From Escherichia coli (GTDB lineage: Bacteria > Pseudomonadota > Gammaproteobacteria > Enterobacterales > Enterobacteriaceae), in the NCBI RefSeq assembly GCF_041886205.1, contig NZ_CP169029.1: 64,000 nucleotides of DNA; one strand, written 5' to 3'. How positions within the stretch are numbered: the stretch's first letter is position 1; every line of letters starts with the position of its first letter. Of this stretch, positions 1 through 11,155 are shown piece after piece. The position numbers and the translations under genes are program-made. The notes beneath the pieces were generated by a model, which did not search any database, was not told the origin of the DNA, and saw only the letters and a list, made by a program, of their open reading frames with translations.

Positions 1-289
1 TCACATCTCCGGCGCGGCCATACGCCTCACCAAAGTTGCGATTACCCGAAGCAATAACGCCATGCAGCAACGCCCGGTTATGCTCGTCGTTTAAAAAGCG
101 AATTACCTGTCGTGGCACCGCGCCAGCCGTACCGCCGCCGCCGTAAGAGGGCACGATCAGGATGTAAGGCTCGTCTACCTGAATCCGTTCCCGCTCATTG
201 AGCGGGATGCGCACCGCGGGCAGACCTAAACGTTCGATAAAACGCTGCGTATTTTCGGAGCTGCTGGAGAAGTAGACGAGCTGGCTCAT
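1..289 (-). CDS. nrdI: NrdI, class Ib ribonucleotide reductase flavodoxin-like protein; N-terminal part only, gene runs off the left edge
   Basis: Minus-strand ATG at 289-287 overlapping the nrdH stop; translation [36 protein letters not shown] matches NrdI; nrdH-nrdI synteny. Confidence 0.85.
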   Translation of the reverse strand, partial: MSQLVYFSSSSENTQRFIERLGLPAVRIPLNERERIQVDEPYILIVPSYGGGGTAGAVPRQVIRFLNDEHNRALLHGVIASGNRNFGEAYGRAGDV

Positions 290-531
290 GCACTGGCCGC
301 GTGTGGCGCTGGATGCAGACGGTTAATCATGTCCGGACGGAAACCAGACCAGCTAAGATCGCCAGCAATCACTACCGGCAACTGACGAAAGCCCTGAGCA
401 CGCAACGTTTCTGCCGCTTCAGGAACGCGATCGACATTAATCATTTCAAAATCAAAGCCCCGGTTTTCCATCGCCCGTTTGGTGGCGTGGCACTGAACGC
501 AATCGTTACGAGTGTAAATAGTAATGCGCAT
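286..531 (-). CDS. nrdH: NrdH glutaredoxin-like redoxin
   Basis: 81-aa ORF with CVQC redox motif ([21 protein letters not shown]...) recognised as NrdH; followed by nrdI. Confidence 0.93.
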   Translation of the reverse strand: MRITIYTRNDCVQCHATKRAMENRGFDFEMINVDRVPEAAETLRAQGFRQLPVVIAGDLSWSGFRPDMINRLHPAPHAASA

Positions 532-723
532 GATTCGTATTTCCGTTTAAAATGAAGATACGGCGCGATGATACGCGTCGGGTTGTCTCTCTGTTGATAC
601 AGAGATACTAGATGTAGTTGAAAAAAGATTCAACCACACAATATATAGCAAATAGTGGTCGAAATTACCCTGGATATGAGCGTGACGGGGTAGGGGGATT
701 TTTGTGATTCACCAAGTAAGAAG

Positions 724-748
724 AAACCCCGAAGACAGGCTTCGGGGT
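724..748 (-). terminator. Hairpin downstream of ygaM, probable intrinsic terminator
   Basis: Inverted repeat accccgaag...cttcggggt just 3' of the ygaM stop. Confidence 0.4.
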
Positions 749-778
749 CAAAGACGCGTATTTATTATCATTTTTGCA

Positions 779-1108
779 CTACGATTTGCGCATGCTTAAC
801 AGTGCGCCGATAAAAATACCTACCGCAGCTGCTGTACCCACGCTACACCAGGGTCTTTCACGAACAAAAGAATCCGCGCAGCCAACGGCATCGCGTGCGG
901 CTTGCTGGACGCGAGTACGACCATGCATTCGCGCCCTGGTTTCTTTCAGCAATGCCTGAGCTTTACTGCGTGCGGCTTCAGCTTCCCCTTTGGCGTCGCT
1001 GCCCCAGGACTTCAATACAGATTCGAGGCTGTCAGCTAATTGATTGACATCATTCTGGATATCCTGCACGCCATCATCAACGTCGTTGCGGTTCGGTCGG
1101 TTAAACAT
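779..1108 (-). CDS. ygaM: YgaM, DUF883 (ElaB/YqjD family) membrane-anchored ribosome-associated protein
   Basis: ORF 779-1120; start trimmed to MFNRPNRNDV...; C-terminal hydrophobic anchor; synteny with ygaC/alaE. Confidence 0.85.
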   Translation of the reverse strand: MFNRPNRNDVDDGVQDIQNDVNQLADSLESVLKSWGSDAKGEAEAARSKAQALLKETRARMHGRTRVQQAARDAVGCADSFVRERPWCSVGTAAAVGIFIGALLSMRKS

Positions 1109-1259
1109 ATGATCCCCCATTAGAATTCGATGTAATTTTCAGTGTAGACCATAATTTTCTTAACTGAGGTTCATCGCGGCTTTATGGACTTTTCTGAAAG
1201 CGTTGTGAATGCGCAATCAGGTAAGGTAGGCCCGCGGTTGATAATAACGAGGATCAAAT

Positions 1260-1604
1260 ATGTATTTACGACCAGACGAGGTGGCGCGCGTACTTGAAAA
1301 AGTCGGTTTTACTGTCGATGTGGTAACCCAGAAAGCTTATGGTTACCGCCGTGGGGAGAATTATGTCTATGTTAATCGCGAAGCGCGAATGGGACGTACC
1401 GCACTGGTAATTCATCCAACATTAAAAGAACGTAGTTCGACACTGGCTGAACCCGCTTCCGATATTAAAACTTGCGATCATTATCAACAATTTCCGCTCT
1501 ATTTAGCGGGTGAACGTCATGAGCATTACGGTATCCCGCATGGCTTTAGTTCGCGTGTTGCGCTTGAACGTTATTTAAATGGTTTATTTGGCGAAGCCAG
1601 TTAA
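1260..1604 (+). CDS. ygaC: YgaC, DUF2002 family protein
   Basis: 114-aa [20 protein letters not shown]...; conserved position between ygaM and alaE. Confidence 0.85.
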
Positions 1605-1607
1605 AGA

Positions 1608-1632
1608 CGCGACTGGCGATGCCAGTCGCGAA
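1608..1632. terminator. Bidirectional hairpin between convergent ygaC and alaE
   Basis: Inverted repeat cgcgactggcg...cgccagtcgcg between the two stops. Confidence 0.45.
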
Positions 1633-1640
1633 AAGAAGAG

Positions 1641-2090
1641 TCAGGCTTTTACCTGCTGGTAACGGCTGACTTTAAACAGTCGGCGGCAATAATCGAGGAA
1701 GTAGCCATAAACCGCCCCCATCAACATCGAAACAACGATGTTTGAACTGACCGCCGCCATAATCTGATGCCAGTCTGCGCCCACCACTAACAAGATCGCC
1801 ACATACACCGGTGACTGGAACGTCACATAAGCCAGGATATCCGCCAGATTTTTTATCCAGCCCGACGGGCTAACTTTGCGTGCCGCGCGCATAAACAGAT
1901 CGCGGTACATACCGTATGGCCATGCAATTAAGATGTTCACCGGAATCGCTACCAATCTGGAATAAAAAGACTGTTCGAAGCTCATTCCGGAGAGGAAAAC
2001 TTCAATACACATGTTCACGACAGAACAGTAAACAACCATCGCGAACGTATCTGCAACTGCATGACGCAAGCGTGACTGCGGTGAGAACAT
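1641..2090 (-). CDS. alaE: AlaE (YgaW), L-alanine exporter
   Basis: 149-aa hydrophobic [24 protein letters not shown]... recognised as AlaE; synteny. Confidence 0.88.
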   Translation of the reverse strand: MFSPQSRLRHAVADTFAMVVYCSVVNMCIEVFLSGMSFEQSFYSRLVAIPVNILIAWPYGMYRDLFMRAARKVSPSGWIKNLADILAYVTFQSPVYVAILLVVGADWHQIMAAVSSNIVVSMLMGAVYGYFLDYCRRLFKVSRYQQVKA

Positions 2091-2649
2091 GCTAATGCTC
2101 CTTAATAAAAGCGTAATGGGATGTTAATGGAGATGAAAGCAGTGGATCTCATTGCCATCTGCATTTTCGCATAGCGTATATCGCTGGCTATGACTAATCA
2201 ATTAGTGAAAAATTTTTATTTAATCAGTTTTTGTAGATAAAATATTCCGTAACGGCTCGTTTTTTGTACATTGTGGATTTTTACATGCCGATATGATTTA
2301 TTTTTAATTAAATCAATTAGATATGGGCTTGCCTCTAATTTCACTAATGCAAGTTTGGGGGTGAGGTAACGCTATAAGCGTAGAGAATTCGGTGTATGTA
2401 GTGGCCGGGTCATTTTCAGCATTTTTTATGCCAGACAATGTACATTAACAGCAGAAAGCACCGGTGATGGATGTTTTCTTTTATTCTGTTATATTGCATT
2501 TTTATTCACTTTGGTTTTGTCAGGCTTGCGGAATTAGCGAGCAGAGAGCGCCGTTCTGTTCACCAATAATCTAAATTACTCATCAAAATGGCTAATATAT
2601 AATCTTGAAATTATTCTGAGAGTTTCAGAAAATAACAGCTGAAATAATC

Positions 2650-5600
2650 TCGCGCAGGACTGGCATACTAATTTTGTGACATATAAGGTACGCCACATCG
2701 ACATCACCAATCAAATACATACTCTTTTTTGTTTTGGTGCTCCAGCTGTTCCAGCACCATGTCCAAATGAAGTTCAGAAGCACCTCCACTCTCCTCTTTT
2801 GCCTGGCCACTGTCCGCTCTCAACTCCTCCATCTCACGTTTGTACGCCGAAGAGTTCCAATGTCGTCATCAGAAGTAACTGGAAGAGCAAGAGAGACACA
2901 CACACACACAGCCAACTGCATAAAAATTACGACTGTGAATGTTATAGTTGTTAATTAGCCGCCTTAAAGTTGAGAGCTTGTTGCACACGCCGTAATAATG
3001 AGGTGTTACGGTTGGCCAAATATAAATGTCATCAGTGAGCGTGCCAGCCCCCAGTGTTGTCAGGCCCGGCACCTGGAGAGCAATTTGCTGAGCCTCTGAA
3101 AGGCAGATCTTTGTCACTTCCTATTCAATGACTCAGGCGCGCTGCATGTGGGTCTTGTTGCTCTCGAGCGGTTGTTTATGGCATCTTCATCCAGTTGGTA
3201 TTCACATAAGTTGTTATTGGAAACAGAGCCCTATAAGCAAGTCCCGTCGAAGAAGAAATCCTGCCATTTAATGGTATAACCGAGACAGCACACGTGCTCA
3301 TTAGATTAACTACTGGCACCATTCTGATCTTGCATTAACGGAAGGTTCAGATTTGAATCACCGGGATGATGGGATCCAGTGGTTTTTCAAGGAATTGAAG
3401 TCCCACTTTCAGTTAGCATTTGTGGCATGTTGGCTCAACGTCACGCCACCACGTGGTGTCACCTTGATGCTGGAGACGATGTAATCTTCAGGGAAGATGG
3501 TTTTTTATGCAGAATGAAGTGAAATCGCCTTCAAGTAATGACCGATGAGCAATCATCAAGTGCGACGAAGATCCATTAAATTCTCGCTTGTGGATCAGAA
3601 TTCTGGCATCATGTGAAGTTGTTGAAACCAATGGGTCTCAGGAAGAATACTTGAGGTGGCGAATACCATCATCTACCGGAGCGGCCAAGAATGTGTTGGC
3701 GATCCCGGTCTGGTCCATAGAACTCTTTCCGTTGCACAGGAGCAAGTTGAATGCGAAGGCACCTTATTTGTGCAATGGTGCACCAGCTTTCGTGCTTGTT
3801 GTATGGAGGAGACTACAAGAACCCAACTTGTTAGGCGATTGCTTCAGGAACAGGAGCCACGCTGTGCGCTTTACAGGGCGCTGAGATTGTGAGTTGAGCC
3901 ATCAAAGTCATTTTAAGCGTTAGTTAAAATCAAGAAAACGAAGGAGAGTTAACAGTACCAGTCAGGCACAGTGTAATGAAATAAGTTAGAAGCTGTCAAA
4001 GACCGGCCAGCCGGAATGAGATCAATGCCCAAGTATAGATATTTTTTCAACAAATTAGTTTAGTAGTTCATAAGGGAGTACATGTGTTTCTGAGAATTGT
4101 TATCACCGATTCGTCGTTAGCCGTAAGGGTTTGTCTGTCAATCATCAAAACATTGTTGACTGCTTGATCTCCTTGTTCATTTTAATGTGTTTTGCTGTGT
4201 AGTCTTATTAGTCTGTGCTCATTCCCGTGTGCACCAACGCGTCATTTTTGCCCACATTTTTCGAAGCGATTTGTTAGTCAGAAGCGATGGTTGTTTAATT
4301 TGTTGGAGACAGAGAGTGAGAGAGCTGTATGTGTGTCAAGGTCAGGGACCACAAGGTGCCATCAGGTGAAGAAGGTGGAGGAACATTGGACAAAACCGGT
4401 ATGTCAGGCATGTCGATGAGCAGAAGGCGTTATATTGAAATTGCTGATTGGCAAAAGCGTTACTGGTGACTGACTGCTGAACGATAAGGGGAGCCAGAAA
4501 CCGTTGCTGGCATTTTGCTGCATATCCAGGTCGATGTTCAGGTAATGCCACAATGCCGCTGCTGATGCCAGTTTAAATCCGTCAGTCCTGCATCTTGAAT
4601 GGGGATTTCCAGCAGCAGGCTTCATGGATAACGCCAGTTGCAGAAACAGATAATCTTCAGCGTAAAGGAATTATGACAAAGGCGCAGACGTTGGCGAGCG
4701 TTGGATTTGCTGAAGAGGTGATCAATGGCTATCGCCTGCTGGATGCGGGAATTGTGTCAGGAGCTGCTGGATTATCGACTGACTGCGCGGTGATCTCGTC
4801 AGCATAATCGCCAGTCAGGTTTGGTCGATCCGTTGAACATTTCCAGATGCCGCATAAAACCAGGTCGTCGAGGAGAATTGATGTAACGTTAATGACAGAT
4901 CCAGAATGCTGGATTTGCAGGGAGATGGAGTCATAGCCCGCCACCATTGCCGGATGAAGCCGATGATAGCATCCACTTTACCGCTATCTACTGCGTCAGC
5001 GCCCAGCCTTAAGCCATAATCCTTTGTTAGGTTGTCTCCCATCATCCCCTTAATTGTGCTAGCACACCAATTGTTTACAGGATACATTTGCTTCCATATT
5101 GTGGGTGTCAAAATATAACGAACATAAGTAGTCTTGCCTTCACAGCCACCCTTGTCCTCATCCTTTTAGCTCCACCACCCACTAGGCTGTTCTTAGAGAT
5201 GGAGTTGTTGTGAGAAGAGTTTTCTGTACTGTTAATGCCAAATGCATATAATGCCAGCAACTTATCCAGATTCTTTATCTGTTAAGATTATTGTGCTACA
5301 CATAATTCTTTTGAATGCTAGAGCCATTTTTGAGAAGGTTGAAACTGTTGATGGGTTACTTTCTTATCATTATTGGAGCAGTGGAAGACCATGAACTTGT
5401 TGCATACACAACCGGTTAGTCTTTTCAATGCAGGACAATCCACTGAGAAGATATAATCGTTGATCGCAAGGAGCCAGTGAAATAGACCTCGAATTGTTTG
5501 GCTGACGAATAGGATCCCATTCCATCATCACCAACAGGAGCCAGCAGCTGATGAGATGTTAGCAGAACCAATGGACAAGCCACTGCAATGAGTGAGTTCT

Positions 5601-8600
5601 CGTTCTTCTGCTCTGGAACAAACTGGAATTGCTAACTGGAGATGGAGGCCAATCAGGAGAAGGAAAAGTGCCAACAGTGGCCATATGCGGAAGCTGTTAT
5701 TAAAATTGAAACACCTCTTGAGTGCGGTGTGAAGTAGTCTACCACCACCAAATCTTAGAAGACCTGGTGGAGGAAGAGAAAGCATCTACCTAGTGTCCGA
5801 CGGCGGCGGATTAGTTGATCACCGGGAGGAAGCATCACCCCTACGTGAAGGGAAGAGGAACGCGACGTGAAGAGGGCCGAGTCGAGGCAAAGTCGACGAC
5901 GTAAGCACATCAAGGTCAATGAGTTATTCTACACTGGAATATGTCCGAGTATTTACTTAGTGAAGAACCAATGGCTTGATCTAGGTTGGTTACCCCCGAC
6001 TAACCAATGACTACACAGGAGAAAGAAATATATAAATAAATAATAATGACAAGACCTTAGCGGTGGCGTGGAGGTTTTTGTTGTTCATTGTGATGGACAG
6101 AGTTCTGCTCATAAGAAGTATGGACGTACACTGTGGTTTAGATCAGGATTTAGTCAGGTTTATTGATAACTGTTGAGCATCTAAATGCCTTTAGGTTGCC
6201 TTACTTCAGCAGTTGCTAGCGGTGATTGTCATCACACCAGAAGAACAGAGCCAGCAAAGCCCAGCCAATGCCAGGTCAGCAGAACTCGGTCGAGTCAGGA
6301 GAAACCATGAGCGAGCGAGGTACTAGTTAGCAATGATGGAATGCCTGGACCAGAATGAGGAGATCATAGTGGTGAGTGTGCTTTCAGTGACAAAACCAGA
6401 GCCAAAACCAACAGCAACTAGCTGATGGCAGAGCCAGCTGAATTGCCTTTGCCGAGTGAAAAAATGGATGGGTGAAACACCCATCCTCAGCATCAAAACC
6501 AGAACTGATGTGTTCTGTGACAGGTTGGAAGATTGGCGTGTAGCTGGTGATGCTGCTGAGGAAGACAAAGAGCTGCCACAGCAATGGCAGAGAGGATGGC
6601 TGCTGGCCACTTTCAGTGGCTTGCTAAACCAGGTGGTTGATCACCGGACCCGGAAGTGGTGCACCAGCGAGATGCCCCACATTTCGCGTCGGGTTAGTGG
6701 TTTAATTTGTTATTTTTTTGCGGAGTGGCTGCAGATTGTTAGGTTGATTCCTGTTGATGAGATTCCACTAGGTGGGTGCAAGCTCATCCAGTCTACCTCA
6801 TCTCGTAGCTGTAGAGTGAGGGATTGTTTTACACCAGTGTGGTGAGCACTTGCTTTGCCTCAGCAGAAACATGGTGATGGATTTCCAGAGACTGATGAAT
6901 TGATGTTGTCCAGGATGCTGAGTGGAGGATGTGAGAGCAGGTTGGAGAAGACGGTCAGAGGAAGAAAGAAATTACTTTATTGTGGTGCAGGCATGGCTAG
7001 CTGGCTTAGTCGTCTGCCATCCTCGATCCATGGACATTGTCCAGCGGCAACGTCATTGCTGTTGCATGCCAGAGGACTCGGTTCTTCAGCTTTGTCCAGA
7101 TTGTCGTCTTCCGCAGACACTTGCTGAGACCTCAACATTTCAGCTAGCCACCCAGAATCGGGTTACGCAGGTGCCCCCCCCCCCCCACATCTTGAGCCAT
7201 GAGAGATCCAGATCATTTTTGCTAGTTGTGATCTAGTGGAGGGGGCGGTTGGCCTCCATCGAAGGCGTGAGATCGGGTGCTAGGCCCCATTGAGTTGCTC
7301 GATGAAGTAGTTGTATGCCGGGCGCCTTGACGTCGCACGTACGGACAATGTCGCCTTGCCGTCACAGTGCCCAGAGCCTTGCGTGTTGTGTAGACGCGCC
7401 TCCGGCGAGCTGCTTGATGATGCATGGGACATCTTTGTGGTGTAGGGCGATCGAAGGGTTTGTGAGTGGCTGCACAACCTGCACCACCGATTGTTGCTGC
7501 AGTGGGTAAGGAGTAGTGGTGGAGAAACCTGGAGGTCAGTGATAGACGATTGAAGGCCAGGTGCACCGACCTTGTCAGGGCGATGGTGCAGGGAGGTGGC
7601 GCTGCTATGTGTGGAAGTGATGGTCGGCGTGTGTTGTGGTGGTGTGGTAATTCTTCAGTCTTACTGCTTCATAAAGTTGTTGTTACCAAGAGCTGTTGTT
7701 TGGTTAATCTGCAATCTTTGAATTTCATAGTTGCATCATAGTTTGTAAGCGATACTCGGCCTGAGCAGGTGTAGCCTTCAATTGTCTGCATGGCCAACCA
7801 CTTTGGATCAAGGTGCCGAATCAAGCACGGTCGCCCGAACGAGACGATGGCCTTGAATCGACGGCACCGGGAGTCTTGGTCAGCAAGTTTGGTTAACCGC
7901 TTCACCAACGAAGGAGACCCTCTCCAACCACGCCGCCACCCAGAGTTCATTGTCTTCTCCACGGCGATTTTTAGTTAATCTATGCATATTTATTTTAGTA
8001 GTTTTCACGAGACCGAACCTTCTCCATGTACCAGTGGAGCCTTTCCAACTAAGTTGCTCACCCATTGAAAAAGAACCCATCGTTGGTACCGATGCCACTT
8101 GTACTCGATGCTTTGCCTTATGCCAGCGGCATATTTATGGTGAGAAATAGTGGAAAACCAAGTTTGGCTGCTGGCACGACACGGCTTCAACGTCAAGCCG
8201 AACAAGTGGGGTGAGGCTGAATGTTTCTTCGACACTTGGCGTTGGCGAACGACGAACCTGCTGGCTGAATGTTTATTTGGCTCACTGCAAAAGCAGCTCT
8301 CTCCCAGGCCACCTGGAGCAGCAGGCCTTCACTCTTTGTCACCTCTCCCAAGCTGGATGGTGAGTGATTCAGCTCACCAACTCATGAGGAATTTTTGCAG
8401 CACAAAAGGTGTGACAGCTGCCGCGACCAATAAGCTGCTGCAGAGACGAAAACTTGTGCAGAAATTGAATTCAGATGAGCTTCCATGCTCTGTTGATTGC
8501 ATTAATCAAGTAACTAAGAAGATGTGTTGCCTCCAGTTTGAGCCGAGTAGTTTGATGGTTTTTACTATACTGTTCAGAACTGGTCAACTTGGTTGTAGCT

Positions 8601-11150
8601 GTAAAGATGAGTTGAGATGCTGCCTTTACCTTTGCACTCATGCTGGTGCGAGCTGTGACCAGGAGACGACGGAAGGCCGTGGAATTGCCAGCCTCACCAG
8701 CTCAGCCAGAAGCTGTGTCTGACGCCTGCTCAGGCCACTGTGGGCTGCCAATGCTAGTTGCTTTCAGACATTGCGCCAGGAATCGATGGCATAATGGTGT
8801 TGCTGGCTCCAGAACAATTAGGTGTATCTCTTCCTCCATGTAACTGTTGCAGAATGTGTTTGCCCTCCAGGAAGACGCTACCCAGACCAGAAGGAAGGGG
8901 TTACTTATTACTCTTGCTTCAGCTGGTACCTGTCCACTTTAGTGTAGACTGATGTCATCAACGAGCAATGAAATGGGTGGCGGAGGCCAGCCAATGAGTG
9001 GGCAAATGCGTTGTGTGTCATAGTGGTTTATCAGCACCATGCACCGAACGTGACCAGCTTGTTGTGGTTTTTGCTATGTTGTGAGGCCGATCACGGCTCA
9101 TCCCCGTCATGCTGTGAAGAAGGACTGTGCTGAAGTTTATTACTTATTTGTCCGAAGGTTATTAATTAGGGTACATGTTCACTTATGTTGTAGACGTGCT
9201 AGGTCGACGAGGACAAAGGAGATGGAGCTGATTGCCAGGCGGACGGTGGAGGAAAACGGACGAGCCCATTGTGATGGCTGGTCACTGTGAGTGAGTGAGG
9301 AAGATTGTGAGGAAAGTGGATGGAGCAGAGAGAGAGAGAGTCCAGTGAGCCCCCAAGACGGTTTGACCTCAACCACTCAGTGGTGCAACTGTTGATCTGC
9401 ACGCACCGAATGAGACAAGACCAGGTGGTTAGGAAATGCTGCACAGAAGTGGTGCGTCAGGATGCATGTTGTGATGCTGCCTCCACCAGTGTGGCCATCA
9501 AACCATGGTGGTGTCAAGTGGTGTTGTAATGGCGCCAGACACGAAAGTGAGGACAAACTGGCTGTTTATTGTTGCAGCACCGCACTCAGCGTGAGCATTA
9601 GGCCAGGAAGAGAGCAGTTACGAGTTATCCATGTTGCCTGTGCACCACCACTCGTCCAGCTGACTGCTTCTGCGTCAGACTATGCCCTTGCCGTAACCGT
9701 TGCCATTGCCGCGACGGAGCCAACGCCACGGAGCCAGCGTCTGCACATTTGTTGTCAACTCCATGTCAAGCGACCCCTCGGAACGGTTGTGACATTTATA
9801 TGCGGTGGCAGTTTGCCGCCGTTCCATTTCAGAGTTCAGGTGTGCGGGCGACAGAGCGACTCCTGATGAGTTGGTCATCAGAGCCATGCTCCCAAAAGCC
9901 ATGCTTTGAGCTGTCACGGGGACACAAATCCTAGGATCAGGCCTCGCCCTGTGTCTTCAGCAGGAATGTCATTTTACAGTACAACTGCAGTCCACCTCAC
10001 CAAAAAAAAATCAGACGCCCATCTGTGACTCATGAATGTTTGTAGTGGTTAGGTTAGGAGAGGCAGCCACCTAGATCATGTGCCAACATCCTTGCTAGTA
10101 AGTGGTTATGTGTGAGACCAGAAGAGGTTGTTAATTCAGAGTCAACTGCTGTAAGCGGTACAGGTAGCAGCTTACTGTTTCTATGTGTTCAAAGTGACTC
10201 ACCGACTAGTTGCTCTTTCTTTCAAATTTTTGCCAACTAACTTTATATACAACCACTCACCATCAGATCAATGATGAAATATTTTGCCGACTTGTGCAGG
10301 CACATCCATGCTATGTGTGGTGGAAGAGTGAATTTAGACAGCAGAAGTCATTGGAGGTCAAATAATCCTCCACGGTACCCTTTACCACTTTATTTTCACA
10401 CCCACAAATTGATGTCACCGGACAGGCCGTCCAATCACTAGGCCAACAAGCCGTTGAAATGTTCTGCCAGCAGAAGAAAATGTAAATATGCCGCCATTGC
10501 ATCGAATTTTAGTGACTGAGTGACCACCGCCTCACCCTAGCTTCACCATTCCTACCGCCTACATCTACAACCACTCAATTCATTAAACAGCCCTTCAGGC
10601 TCAGGAAGTCTTGCAGAATGTGTTGTAATTATCTAATACAATTGTCAAAGACTTGGTGACCAAAATGAAGTGATCCATCAGTTGCCCAGGTATGCATTGT
10701 AGTCAAGTGCCCTGTTTGTGATGTTATATATATATCTGATGAATGTAATAGGTTACACAGCAGAGTTGTGAATCACAGGTTGTTTTTTCAGTGGACGATG
10801 CATTCATGTAGCCATTCTTTTTACTAGATGAGGAAGGGAGCCATCATCATTTGAAGCTAATTTAAAACATCCAAAAATGTACCAGCTACAATTGTTTTTC
10901 ATCGAAAATAGAGGAGTTGAACATTTACAGTAGCCAGAATAAAGTGAGAGGAAAAATGAAATGCAGAAAGACAGGTTAGGCCAAGATACGGTCAAAGAAC
11001 TCAATAACTAGAGGAAACGACACACACCCGCCCTGTTTTAGGGTAATAAAACATGAGATGACAAACAACTGTGTGGCTGCTTCCGGAAATAAGATGCAGG
11101 CCCGAGCCAAGCATACAATTAGATATGTCACAAACGCCTCAACTAGTAGA
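2650..11150. other. About 8.5 kb block with no credible coding potential and atypical composition (approximate boundaries)
   Basis: Only short overlapping ORFs on both strands with low-complexity, Cys/Trp-rich translations; frequent CTAG; simple runs (CA)n at 2896-2910, C13 at 7174-7186, (GA)n at 9326-9340, (TA)n at 10725-10737; no RBS-led genes. Confidence 0.6.
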
Positions 11151-11155
11151 TATGA

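Noticed and set aside
2700-3114. Searched for stpA, expected next to alaE
   Set aside because: No translation resembling StpA (H-NS family) in any frame; the locus appears replaced by the anomalous block.
8150-8722. 190-aa ORF, the longest of many in the 2650-11150 block
   Set aside because: Translation is Cys/Trp-rich and low-complexity with no RBS; overlapping ORFs of similar length exist on both strands; consistent with chance ORFs in non-coding sequence.
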